Shown here: piece after piece, positions 37,701-49,675 of the stretch
Layout of the letters: each line of letters opens with the position of its first letter
How positions within the stretch are numbered: position 1 is the first letter of the stretch
Assembly: GCF_036971445.1 (NCBI RefSeq)
Contig: NC_091471.1
Location: forward strand, 132,990,001-133,054,000
Reading direction: 5' to 3'
DNA length: 64,000 nt
Source: Narcine bancroftii
Taxonomy: Eukaryota
Position numbers and translations under genes: made by a program
Notes under the pieces: model-generated
Told to the model about the DNA's origin: nothing
Database searches by the model: none
Seen by the model: the letters and a program-made list of their open reading frames with translations, nothing else

Positions 37701-37895
37701 CCCACTGCCATCAGATTCCTGAATGATCAATGAACCAAAATACTGCCGTACTTTTCATGCACTATTATTTTTAATTTTTTTTAATATATATATATTATTG
37801 TTATAAGATCGTTCACAATATGAATGTTTACACTGTGACGCTGCTGCCAAAAAACACTGAATTTCGTGACTTGTTCATGACGATAAATTCTGATT
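34790..37895 (+). mobile_element. Rex1/Babar-type LINE, near full length, degraded
   Basis: LLAKVQSLENKLDEL...CCVMCFIEIW, CHPFYLPREF, LDPLQFAY and LLPSGRRYRS motifs; ttctgattc tail. Confidence 0.8.
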
Positions 37896-38099
37896 CGAGA
37901 GCCAAATGTAGTGAACAGAAGTGCTTCCATTAGTTCATCTTATCTGCTTCTCTCCTCTTACTCTTTTACAGGGCTCTAGTTTGTCATATTATACTGAGTA
38001 CCGTGAGAACAGTTCTTCTGCAAGCAGTCTAACACGTTATCTTCAACATTCATTCAGCAATGTAGAGCATAATTTATGATTGCATTAAAAAGGGAATGA

Positions 38100-38450
38100 T
38101 CAATTCCAAGCAGGGCAGTGTAATAGCATAGTTGTGGGGTTCATTCAGGAGCCCGATGACTGCAAGGAAGAAATGGTCTTTAAGCCCATTGGTGCTTGCT
38201 TTCACACTCTTGAGCCTTCTCCCCAAAGGTAGGAGGGAGAAGAGAGTGTACCTAGGCTCTGATGTGACCTTCGGTACGTTGGCTGTCCTTCTTAGGCAGT
38301 TGGAGATGTGGGTAGAGGTCATGAAGGGGAGGGACATATGCATTAGGTTCAGGCATTCACTGCCTTCTGTTGCTTTTTCTGATCTTGAGCAAAGCAGCCT
38401 CATACTCTGCTGTGACACATCCAGCATTTTATCTGTAATTTCCATCTATA
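38100..38450 (-). mobile_element. Rex/Babar-like LINE 3' fragment
   Basis: LFSLLPLGRRLKS...FFLAVIGLLN. Confidence 0.55.
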
Positions 38451-38876
38451 GTAATTCTTCCAGCAACATGGGAGTCAAATGAATTGCTCTTTCAAATTTT
38501 AGACACAAAGCTATATTACTTCCTCATGTACAACTACTCTGGAGAGCAGCTATACACAAATCACACACACTCACATGACCATTACCCACTCTGATGGTAT
38601 ACATTTTCTGAAATTCAATCTACAATGATTTTTTTTAAACCCCAAATGGTTTTAAAAATTGGATAGATTTTACCAAAAGCTTTTTCTGTCACACCAACAG
38701 AATGGGGCTACACAATAATTCAGGCATCAGTATTGGAATGGTGTCTTAAACAATTCTCTAGTTGAGTCCAATCACCATAAAAGGTTAAGGCTAGAATCGA
38801 GCTGCCTCAAAGTTGTGCAAAATTAAGTTTAAGAAAAGTTCAAACAACTTGCTTAAAGTCTAACATTTTCACTAAC

Positions 38877-38933
38877 CTGTGCATCATTTTTAACTGCAGC
38901 TTCATCATATGCTGTACTCTCCTCTCTGCTTGC
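38877..38933 (-). CDS. ANXA5: ANXA5 exon 8 equivalent (57 bp): ASREESTAYDEAAVKNDAQ
   Basis: Corresponds to human ANRDPDAGIDEAQVEQDAQ; 57 bp; polypyrimidine-ttag acceptor, gttagt donor. Confidence 0.9.
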
Positions 38934-40742
38934 CTAACAAGGAAGAAGAGAAATGTTAACATTTATTGGTTTCCCCCCCCGCCCCCCCACCGGTTGGATG
39001 AACTATGACAGAGTACATTGCTATAAATGACTGATAATACTTTGTTATCACTAATAGTAAACGGGAAATGAAGAAACTGGCCCAAAAACTAGTTTGCATT
39101 TCAGTGGGAACTCCACAAGTTGTAATACACCCTCCAGTTGCAAAATTATGATGGCACAGCAAAATTTAATGTTGCACCATGGATCTCTGACTTTAAGGAA
39201 GTTTACCTGGATAACTAAAACAGAGGAATAGACAAAGAATGAGAGGAGCATTAGACAAGGAAAACAATGGTAGCAAAAGGGCCTGTAATGTTCTATATGT
39301 GAGAAGGGAAAAAAAATTGCATTTTGGAAATCTTGTAAAGGCCTCAAAGATCTGTTCAGCAACTGCTATATATCAAGATAAACAAACAAACAAACAATTG
39401 TGGAGAATGTTGGCAAAGCCTCCCTTGTCATGAGGGATAATTTAGCACACAAGGAGAATACAATTACCTGTAGTGCTCAAAATTACTTCGAGACGAAAAT
39501 GGGGAAATTGATTAATAGCAAAATTGTGCATTGTCCAAGGTTACCACTGTTTGTAAACCACTGAACATTTATCAAATCTAGTAAAATCTAAAAAAAATAA
39601 GAGTTTCAAAGTTCTCTTGAGACTCTAATAAGATGTTAGGATATTAAACAAAAATGTTAAAACTATTTCATAACTTTTAGATAGCAATGTTAGAGCCATT
39701 TTAAAATCGCTTAATTTTTGCATCTATTTACTTCCACTAAAATAAAAAAGGTGAAAACCAAGTGTCGCCTCAAACCTGCTACAGAATTATCTGTTAATCT
39801 CCACAATGAACCTACCATCAAAGTGCAGGCAGCTGCCAAGACAGGAATTCTAGATTTGTGCATTGCTTCCATGAACATTGCAAAGCTTCACAATGATGGT
39901 AAATAGTTTCACATCAATTACTCTGCATCAATCCAACCAAGCAAGGATGTTTACAGGAGAATATACATTCATCTATTGCAACCCAAAACTGTTTCAAAAA
40001 AGTGTATCAAATTTTCTATTTCTGTATGTTGAAATGGCTTCACATTATGCAAATAATCTTTCAAGGCCATTTGGAATATGGTTGTTAAGACTGAAAAAAA
40101 AACTGCTGAAACTTAATAAAACAAATTTCAGAATAATTTAATTCAGCGCTTTATGGGACCTTTCTGTGCACAATTTGGCTCAACATTTGCCTTAAAGTAG
40201 CAGAAGCACCTTTGGGTGCAATTGCAATTACCTGTACATTTTTTAAAGTTTGGAACAACTGAGGAAGAACCTTGAATTAAACAGAACCCAAAGAGATGTA
40301 AAAACAACAAAGTACTGTTGAGTTGTAAATATTCTTCAAATTGTTTGAATCTACTCTCAATTAAATATCATTTCAAGTGCAAAATTATCCAGTATGCAGA
40401 ACGGAAGCATTAGCCTGGGTTGTTCCAGGGATTAGAAGATCCACCCTAAATCCCCAACTATCTGCCACCAGGATCGTGCAATTTGCTCTGGCGTAGGTAC
40501 CAAAGGGGGCACTCCTTCAGAACCAGCCTTAATTTAATATTTCCTTTTATAATTGGTATCAGATTTTGATTGGCAATGCTTATATGGGGTTTTAATCACA
40601 TTAAATTCAAGTTCATGGAATTTATGAACAAAACAATGATAAATTGCAAAATGATTCCATAAATGTGGCACTTTAAAATTTACAGTAAACTCAAAGGTGT
40701 AGCATTTCATACAATGACCGATTTATTTTTCTCAACTTCTAC

Positions 40743-40822
40743 CTGGAGCAGAATCACCAAAATCCTTTGAAAATGTCCAGAAGTGTCACTGACAACACAT
40801 TCTTCCAAATCTTTGCCATATT
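40743..40822 (-). CDS. ANXA5: ANXA5 exon 7 equivalent (80 bp): (E)YGKDLEECVVSDTSGHFQRILVILLQ
   Basis: DTSG cap motif; 80 bp; cag/gtagaa sites. Confidence 0.93.
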
Positions 40823-41457
40823 CTGAAAGCAATAAAAGTGGCAGTTACGGCTGAGATAAAGAGTTATTTCTAGTAGCTCATGAGTTAAAACACAGGGATT
40901 TGAGTTCCATTACCAATAGCAACTACTTAGCCCTAAGAGAACAAATTAAATATTTTTGCCATCACTAATAATCACCAAAATATTTTATTCAGTACTTCTA
41001 TTAACAACATGCTCCACAGTTTAATGCAAGGATCAAATGATGTTGATTTAATAATGTTTTAAACTGTTCAACCAAAAGCACTATGCCATTTCTGAAGCCA
41101 TGCTTTAAAACGAGAGTGTGAAGATATTGAAGTGAAAACGGATGTAGAATACAAAATCTTTAAGTCATCTAACACCACTAAAATCAACTCTTCAATTTCA
41201 AGCCAAAAGTTAGTTTCAATCTTCGCAGTACATTAATATTTTGAAAGGTTGATGACCTTTCATTACAATTTTGTCAATGATCAAAAACATTAGTTTATTT
41301 TCTTACTCCATAGATGCTGCCTGACCTGTTTACTTTTCCAGCTCAAGTTTTTATTTCAGATTTTTAGCATCCATAGATTTCTCTTCACTTCTGAACAAAT
41401 GCCTCATCTGTTTTCACAACACTGCCATGATATAGTAAATGTGGTACAAGACCATAC

Positions 41458-41548
41458 CTTCTTTGTAAGCCTGAATAATCGCTCGAAGTTCCTGGTTGGT
41501 TCTTGAGGCAAGAATTTCTATCAAACACTTTTCATCAGTTCCAGCACC
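41458..41548 (-). CDS. ANXA5: ANXA5 exon 6 equivalent (91 bp): GAGTDEKCLIEILASRTNQELRAIIQAYKE
   Basis: Annexin repeat II GxGT loop; 91 bp; tag/gtatgg sites. Confidence 0.93.
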
Positions 41549-44510
41549 CTACAAAAGATGGAAAACAAAAAATGTCAATAAATTTATGTGCTTTGGGTGT
41601 TTCAATGTGAGATTGTCCATTTTGCCAAATTTGTTGGAAAAGAACTTTCACCATTATTGTTTTGATGTGTAGTCAGCTGTGAAATTATGGGGTAGTAATA
41701 ACTATACTTAAAGGTTATGCAAGAGACAACATTTCATATTAGACCATTATAAAAGATAAAGCAGATGTACTTATCAAAATATGGGTTTCATTATAATGTC
41801 CATGAATTCTGGTGGTCAAAAAAAAAAACACCTGTCACCAGAAAATCAGGGTCAGGTTCTTAATTGAGCATCAAGTAGCCTGAAACTAGGTATAAACATT
41901 GGTCTTGTACATCTTAAATTCATTTTCAATCACACAACCCCAGCTCTTTCCCCTACTAAGAGTTGTGTGAAGGAATTTCAGGGTCAATTACTCCCAACTC
42001 ACTGGAATCTGTGGTACAAGGCCCCATTTTGTCCAACCTAGCTAACAATAAAACAAAAGTGGACTTTTCTAGCTGAAGGACTGTCCAAATTGACCCTTGT
42101 TCTTCTCAGAGACAGTAGGCCCAATATTCATGGATATGGTGATATTGTAATTTAACTATTAGAGGAGCAAATCAGAGGCCTCGATGAACAATCCAGAAAG
42201 GAGTGTTAAAATCCCAGCATGCTAACTGTGTATTTCAAATTCTGCTAATAACCTAGCACTTGTCAAAATTAATGAGAGTTCTTTAAAGTTCATGGATCAA
42301 AAAAATGCTATCCGATTCATTTATGTTCTTTAAAAGGAGGAAATTTTCTTTCCTTGCTCTATCTGGGGCCACATACAAGCCAGTATGAGCACAATACCCC
42401 CGACACCAAATGGTCCTCTGTCCCACCAACTAGACAAACGACAACCTGATATAAGTGCATTCTATATCATGCTAAATTCCCCAAATATAATCCCAGGGTA
42501 TATCCTGTAAGATCAGTAGGACAATCCCACCAACGCGATGGTACAGCAGTAAACCAAAGGCATGGGAGACTAACTCAATATCACAACATTCAAAAGTCTC
42601 AAGGCATCAGGTCAAACATAGGTCAAGAAATTGCCTTGTTATCACTTGCCTTCCACCCTCAGTGAGTGTATTAATGTCCTACTGCATTAAGCAACATTTG
42701 AAAGAAGCATTCAAAGTTGTAAGGACACTATGTTCTCTTGCTGAGTGACTTCAACATGTGTCACCAAAAGTGATTTGGCAAGTCCTGAAGAACACATCTG
42801 CCAAATTTATCACATAAAGGTCATTGTATGGCACTCCACACTGCATCTAGAAAGAACTAAGAGCAACTAATTCAACATTGGTATCTACCCAACAATGTGA
42901 AATAATGCTGCAGTTTAAGAAAAAAGGGAAAATCTAATGTAATTAATTATTCCCAATCAATCTATTTTCAGACATCAAGCAGCACTTAGTAATAATTTGA
43001 TCACTGATTAGCAGTTTTGGTTTTGTCAAGGCCACTCACCTCTGGACCTCATCGCAGCCTTGGTTTAAACAGAGACAAATTTCAGAGATGAGGTCTCACA
43101 CACCACCAACCTTTTGACGTTCAATCAAGTGCAGTGCCAAGTCATCCTGGTAAAATTGAAGCCGTTGGGACTCAAGAGGAAAGCATTTCAATAGTTGAAA
43201 CAATGCACAACACAAAGAGAAATGGTGACAGCTTTTGGAGATCAGCTGTCCCCAGCCTCAGGAAGTTACCTCAGGTGCAAAGAATTCCTGGCAGAACTCA
43301 GAAGGCAAGACAGCCCCTGTAGATAGAAATGAGTCAGCCAACATTTTGGGGCCAAAATATTGGCTGATCATTTCTACTACGAGCAGCCTGCAGCATTCTT
43401 CTGGTAATTCTTTCTTTGCTCAAGCTTCTAGCATTTGCCATTTGTGTTTCTCTAGTTATTTCAGGAGTTGTTTATAATGGTGTTGTCAACACAACAATTC
43501 TTCAGCTGCTTTATCAATGACCTTCCATCCACCACAAGTTCAAAAAACAGGAATGTTTGCTGAAACCTACAAAAAATTCACTACCCATCAAACGAAGCAA
43601 TCCATTACTGTTTTTAATAAATCTGGTCAGCTTGCAAAGCTGATAAATGGAATGTTAAATAAATGGAATGTTAAATTCAGGCCACAAGTGGCAGGAAATG
43701 CTGGAGGAACTCTTAGTGAGAGGCTATAGGCTTGGAAAGCATTTTCAGAGCACAAAAAAAAAGCAGCTTTTGTGCAGTTTTGTGACACGTGCTGCAGCTT
43801 TGTGGAGGGAATGAGCATGTCATGTGTTAGATGGAGAGCCAATCATGGGCCACTTGGACCTAGGTGGCATCAAGCTTTGAGGTCCTTGATGAGTACAACT
43901 GACATCTGTCCCACTCTGCTGGGAGAAATAGGAACATTTGGGTACAAACCACAAACTCTATCAACAAATAATTATGAATGAGGAACATTCAAGCAAGCAA
44001 CTGGAGGAGTCACGTGATGGAGTAGTGGCCGGACGGTGAACTCCAGCCCTCTCCAGAAAAGTCGGAAAAAACAAAGGAAAACACAAAGGCACAGAAATAA
44101 AAGTTAAAGAAAAGTGAGTATAAAGGTGGAAAGACGATGGCGACAAAAAAAGAAAAATCGAAATCAACGATAAGAAGAGAGGAAGAGAAGACAACGGAGG
44201 AAGAAGGAGAAGGCCTTACCTGTTCGAAGAGGCCCGCTGTGGAGAGAGAAACCCGCTTCCTCAGGTTGGTAGAAATTGGACTACAAAAATGGCTCGCTGA
44301 GCCGAGTAAAAGTGCGCAACCGCGCATGCGCGAGGAGTCGCGCATGCGCGATGCGCATGAAAAAAACACACCGACGGGAGGGGGGACCAGCTGGGGAGTC
44401 GATCTCCACAGCCGGCAACGACAGCTGCAGAACACCTGCAGCAAGAAGAGAACACAGAAGACAATGGAAACAAGAAAGAAGAGAAGAAAAGGGCAACAAA
44501 GAAACAACAG

Positions 44511-45374
44511 ATGGCCAACCCAGAGGAAGAAGAAGAGGAAGAGTACAATGAAATAGAAGAAGGGAAAGGCAAGATAAAGGATATACTTTCTCTTATTAAA
44601 GGATACATGGAGTTATTTAAAGAATGGCAAACACAGGAATTTAATGATTTAAGAAGAAGAAGAAACAACACAGAAGAGAAAATGAATAAAATAGATATGA
44701 CCTTAACAGAAATGGGAAAGAAAATGGACAAGATGGAAGAGCGGGCAGTAGCAGCAGAAATGGAGGTAGAGGACTTAAAAAAGAAATTAGAGGAATCTAA
44801 TAAAAAAGCTATAGAGACACAAGAACTGTTAGCTCAGAAAATAGATATAATGGAAAATTATAACAGAAGAAATAACATAAAGATAGTGGGCCTTAAGGAA
44901 GATAAAGAAGGCAAGAATATGAGGGAGTTTATAAAAGATTGGATCCCTAGGATCCTAGGATGTCCAGAACTACAGCAAGAAATGGAAATAGAAAGGGCAC
45001 ATAGAGCATTGGCCTTTAAACCACAACCACAACAAAAACCAAGATCTATTTTAGTAAAATTCCTAAGATATACAAGAGAAAAGATACTGGAGAAGACAAT
45101 GGAAAAGGTAAGAGAGGGCAACAAGCCACTGGAGTATAAAGGGCAAAAAATCTTCATTTATCCAGATATAAGTTTTGAACTCCTAAAGAGGAGAAAGGAG
45201 TTCAATACAGCAAAGGCGATTTTATGGAAGAAAGGGTATAAATTTATACTAAAGCATCCAGCGGTATTGAAAATATTTATTCCAGGAAAACAAAACAGAC
45301 TATTCTCAGATCCAGAAGAAGCACGAAAATTTGCAGAACAATTACAAAATAGACGGAGAGATGAAGACGTGTAA
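44511..45374 (+). CDS. L1 ORF1p (coiled coil, RRM, CTD); true start possibly at 44137
   Basis: ENYNRRNNIKIVGL, EIERAHR, PRSILVKF, IFIYPD motifs. Confidence 0.9.
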   Translation: MANPEEEEEEEYNEIEEGKGKIKDILSLIKGYMELFKEWQTQEFNDLRRRRNNTEEKMNKIDMTLTEMGKKMDKMEERAVAAEMEVEDLKKKLEESNKKAIETQELLAQKIDIMENYNRRNNIKIVGLKEDKEGKNMREFIKDWIPRILGCPELQQEMEIERAHRALAFKPQPQQKPRSILVKFLRYTREKILEKTMEKVREGNKPLEYKGQKIFIYPDISFELLKRRKEFNTAKAILWKKGYKFILKHPAVLKIFIPGKQNRLFSDPEEARKFAEQLQNRRRDEDV

Positions 45375-45877
45375 TGAGAGTAAAAATGATCACGATTGAT
45401 ATGTATGTGGGTAAAGAGGTATAAGAGTGTATAGGTATAATGTGCATACGTGAATATATCTGTACCTAGAGGAAAATATAGATAGTATAGACAAGAATTA
45501 ATAAGGGAAGGTAATGGAATAGAGAGAATAAGGAGGGAATTAAAAGAGTGACCTTTGTTACATATGAAAAGTGAAATCTTTTCTGGGGGTGGTTGGGTGG
45601 GGGGGAATAGCGGTCACTGCAAAATCAGTTGACGCTTGCGAGTGAATTCGCAAACCCAAATGGAGAGGGGAGATGTGGTTGTCCGACAAGGGATAAAGGA
45701 CAACTCAGGAGGGGAAGGGGAGATTGGGGCTAAAGAAGTAATAAATAGGAGAATAAGGAAAATGTTTGATGTTTTAGGAATGTTGTCTTATAAAGGGTTT
45801 AAAATAAGAAAACAGAAATGGAAAAGGAGGAAAGGTAATGATGGAAAAACGGAAAGGGAAGATAAACAAAGTATAAA

Positions 45878-48800
45878 ATGGCTATGTTGAACTATATGAC
45901 TTTAAATATTAATGGAATACATAACCAAATTAAAAGGAAGAAACTGCTAAATTTACTGAAAAAAGAAAAAATTGATATAGCATTTGTCCAAGAAACACAC
46001 TTAACTGAATTGGAGCACAAGAAATTAAAGAGAGATTGGGTAGGACATGTAACAGCAGCATCGTATAATTCAAAAGCAAGAGGAGTGGCTATATTAATTA
46101 GTAAAAATGTGCCATTTAAAATAGAAGAGGAAATAATAGATCCAGCAGGGAGATATGTAATGATAAAATGTCAGATATATTCGGAGTTTTGGAATCTACT
46201 TAATGTATATTCACCTAACGAAGAAGATCAAAAGTTTATGCAAGATATCTTTTTGAAGGTAGCTAATACGCAAGGGAACATACTAATAGGAGGGGATTTC
46301 AACCTGAATTTGGAATCAAATATGGATAAAACTGGGAAAAAAATTAACAGAAAGAACAAAGTAACCAAATTTATAATTAAATCAATGCAAGAAATGAAAC
46401 TTTTGGATATATGGAGGAAACAAAACCCAAAAGAAAAGGAATATTCATATTACTCGGCTAGACATAAAACATACTCAAGAATAGACCTATTTTTGTTATC
46501 AGCTAGTATGCAAGATAGAGTAAGAAAAACAGAATATAAAGCTAGAATACTATCGGACCATTCACCCTTAATATTGACAGTAAAGCTAGAGGACATCCCT
46601 CCAAGAATGTATAGATGGAGATTAAACCCCATGCTACTTAAAAGGCAGGATTTTAGAGAATTTATTGAAAAACAATTAAAAATGTATTTTGAAATAAATA
46701 CGGAATCAGTGGAAGATAAGTTTATACTATGGGATGCAATGAAAGCATTCATTAGAGGGCAAATAATAAGTTATGTAACCAAGATGAAGAAGGACTATAA
46801 TCAGGAAACAGAGCAGTTGGAAAGGGAAATAGTAAATATAGAAAAAAAATTAGCAATGAAGGAAGATACAACTAAAAGAAGAGAATTGGCGGATAAAAAA
46901 ATAAAATATGAAACATTACAAACATATAAGGTAGAGAAGAATATAATGAAGACAAAACAGAAATATTATGAACTGGGTGAAAAAACGCACAAAATCCTAG
47001 CATGGCAGCTTAAGACAGAACAAGCTAAGAAAATGGTATTGGCATCAAGGAAAAAAGACAAACAAATTACATATAATCCAAAAGAAATTAAGGAAAACTT
47101 TAGAGAATTCTATGAACAATTATACCGAACTGAAAACGAAGGGAAAGAAGGGAAAATAGATGAATTTTTGACTAAAATTGAACTACCAAAACTACAAATA
47201 GAGGAACAAAATAAATTAACAGAACCATTTGGAACAGTAGAAATACAAGAGATAATAAAAAAATTACCAAATAATAAGACACCAGGAGAGGATGGATTTC
47301 CAATAGAATTCTACAAAACATTTAAAGACTTATTAATTCCGCCCCTCCTGGATGTAATCAACCAGATTGATGAAACACAAAGCTTACCAGATTCATGTAA
47401 AACAGCAATAATTACAGTAATACTAAAACAAGGGAAAGATCCACTCTCACCAGCGTCATATAGACCAATATCTTTACTAAACACAGATTATAAGATAATA
47501 GCTAAACTATTAGCAAACAGATTAGCAGAGCAGGTACCGAAAATGGTAAATTTAGACCAAATTGGATTTATCAAAAAAAGACGCACAACAGACAATATTT
47601 GTAAATTTATTAACTTAATTCATGCAATAGAAGGAAATAAAGCACCTACAGTAGCAGTTGCTTTAGACGCAGAGAAGGCCTTCGACAGAGTAGAATGGAA
47701 TTATTTGTTCAAAGTATTGCAAAAATTCAGTTTACCGGAGAAGTATATTAATTGGATTAAAGCATTATATAAGGGACCGTTAGCGAAAGTGACAGTAAAT
47801 GGACATGTATCAAAGCAATTTAACTTAAGCAGGTCAACGCGGCAGGGATGCCCACTATCACCTTTATTGTTTGCATTAGCTATAGAAACACTAGCAGAAT
47901 TGATAAGAATAGATAATAATATAAAAGGAATAAAAATAAAAGACAAGGAATATAAAATCAGTCTATTTGCAGATGATGTTATAGTGTACTTAACAGAACC
48001 AGAACTATCAATAAAAGAATTATATAAGAAATTGAAGGAATATGGAGAAGTGTCGGGTTACAAGATAAACGTAAATAAAAGTGAAGCAATGCCTATGAAT
48101 AATGCGGATTTCTCAAAATTTAAGAAGGAATCTCCATTTAGATGGCAAATGCAGGCAATAAGATACCTAGGTGTACAAATAAACAAAAATCTCGGCCAAT
48201 TATATAAACTCAATTATTATCCACTAATGAAAAAATTACAGGACGATTTAGAGCATTGGAAAGATTTACCATTAACACTAATAGGAAGGATAAACTGTAT
48301 TAAAATGAACATTTTTCCAAGGATATTATATTTATTTCAGGCATTGCCAATACAACTGACAGAAAAATTCTTCAAAGAGTTAAAGAAAATAATAAGGAAA
48401 TTTTTATGGAGAGGGGGGAAACCGAGGATAGCACTAGATAAATTAACAGAATGGTATAAACAAGGAGGCTTACAATTGCCAAACTTTAAAAATTATTATA
48501 GAGCCGCACAATTAAGATACCTATCAGATTTTTATCAAACAAGGGAAAAACCAGACTGGACGAGATTAGAATTAGATAAAATAGGGGAAAAGATATCTGA
48601 ACACATATTATATAAATGGGATGAAAAATTGGTACAACATAGAAGTTCTCCAGTATTACATCATCTCCTCAATATTTGGAAGAAGATTCATGTAGAAAGA
48701 AATAAAACAAATTATCAATTACCAAAACTAATATTGACGCTAAATAAGTTACTCCCTTTTACAATAGATAACCTTTCCTTTAGAGAATGGGAAAAAAAAG

Positions 48801-49675
48801 GGATTAAAAGAATAGAAAATTGTTTATCAGGAAGTAGATTCTTATCCTTTGAACAAATGAGAGATAAGTACAATATAACTGGAGATACAGCGCTGGCATA
48901 TTACCAATTGAGATCCTACTTGAAGGATAAATTAGGAAGCAGTTTGAGTTTGCCAGAGGGAAGTAACCTTGAATATGTGATTACAGATACAATGTTAATC
49001 AAAAGATTTATAACAAATATGTATATTAAACTGCAAGAAAAGGAAAATGCGGAAACAAATGGTAAAACTAAACAAAAATGGGAACAAGATTTAAATATAA
49101 AGATAAAAAAGGAAACATGGGAGAAATTATGTTCTGGAACGATGAGAAATACAATAAATACGAGGCTACGTATGAGACAATATAACTGGTTACACAGACT
49201 ATACATTACACCGCAAAAGTTAAATAAATGGGACCCAACAGTATCTGATAGATGTTTTCGATGTAAAAAAGAAATGGGAACAACAATTCATGCAATCTGG
49301 ACATGTGAGAAAGTAGAAAAATTTTGGGATGATCTCAATCAGATATTAAATAAAATAACAGAAAACAATATACCAAAGAATCCAGAGATCTTTCTCCTAA
49401 GTAACATAAAAAACAAAGAATTTGGAATTGATTTGGAGGATGCACAAAAAAGATTTGTTAAGATAGCTCTAGCCGTAGCAAAAAAATGTATTATGTCAAC
49501 CTGGAAATTGGAAGATAATCTGAAAATACAACAATGGTATATAGAAATGAATAAATGTATTCCATTAGAAAAAATTACATATAGTTTAAGAAATAATATT
49601 GAAATATTCGAACAAATATGGGAGCCTTACATTAAATACAATAGCGAAAACCTACCGGGGACAATCATTACCTAA
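45878..49675 (+). CDS. L1 ORF2p, 1265 aa, intact APE endonuclease, RT and CCHC
   Basis: NING, QETH, GDFN, SDH; YRPISLLN, QGCPLSP, FADD; CFRC...H..WTC. Confidence 0.97.
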   Translation: MAMLNYMTLNINGIHNQIKRKKLLNLLKKEKIDIAFVQETHLTELEHKKLKRDWVGHVTAASYNSKARGVAILISKNVPFKIEEEIIDPAGRYVMIKCQIYSEFWNLLNVYSPNEEDQKFMQDIFLKVANTQGNILIGGDFNLNLESNMDKTGKKINRKNKVTKFIIKSMQEMKLLDIWRKQNPKEKEYSYYSARHKTYSRIDLFLLSASMQDRVRKTEYKARILSDHSPLILTVKLEDIPPRMYRWRLNPMLLKRQDFREFIEKQLKMYFEINTESVEDKFILWDAMKAFIRGQIISYVTKMKKDYNQETEQLEREIVNIEKKLAMKEDTTKRRELADKKIKYETLQTYKVEKNIMKTKQKYYELGEKTHKILAWQLKTEQAKKMVLASRKKDKQITYNPKEIKENFREFYEQLYRTENEGKEGKIDEFLTKIELPKLQIEEQNKLTEPFGTVEIQEIIKKLPNNKTPGEDGFPIEFYKTFKDLLIPPLLDVINQIDETQSLPDSCKTAIITVILKQGKDPLSPASYRPISLLNTDYKIIAKLLANRLAEQVPKMVNLDQIGFIKKRRTTDNICKFINLIHAIEGNKAPTVAVALDAEKAFDRVEWNYLFKVLQKFSLPEKYINWIKALYKGPLAKVTVNGHVSKQFNLSRSTRQGCPLSPLLFALAIETLAELIRIDNNIKGIKIKDKEYKISLFADDVIVYLTEPELSIKELYKKLKEYGEVSGYKINVNKSEAMPMNNADFSKFKKESPFRWQMQAIRYLGVQINKNLGQLYKLNYYPLMKKLQDDLEHWKDLPLTLIGRINCIKMNIFPRILYLFQALPIQLTEKFFKELKKIIRKFLWRGGKPRIALDKLTEWYKQGGLQLPNFKNYYRAAQLRYLSDFYQTREKPDWTRLELDKIGEKISEHILYKWDEKLVQHRSSPVLHHLLNIWKKIHVERNKTNYQLPKLILTLNKLLPFTIDNLSFREWEKKGIKRIENCLSGSRFLSFEQMRDKYNITGDTALAYYQLRSYLKDKLGSSLSLPEGSNLEYVITDTMLIKRFITNMYIKLQEKENAETNGKTKQKWEQDLNIKIKKETWEKLCSGTMRNTINTRLRMRQYNWLHRLYITPQKLNKWDPTVSDRCFRCKKEMGTTIHAIWTCEKVEKFWDDLNQILNKITENNIPKNPEIFLLSNIKNKEFGIDLEDAQKRFVKIALAVAKKCIMSTWKLEDNLKIQQWYIEMNKCIPLEKITYSLRNNIEIFEQIWEPYIKYNSENLPGTIIT

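Noticed and set aside
46450-49206. Minus-strand ORFs opposite L1 ORF2
   Set aside because: Shadow ORFs produced by A-rich codon bias.
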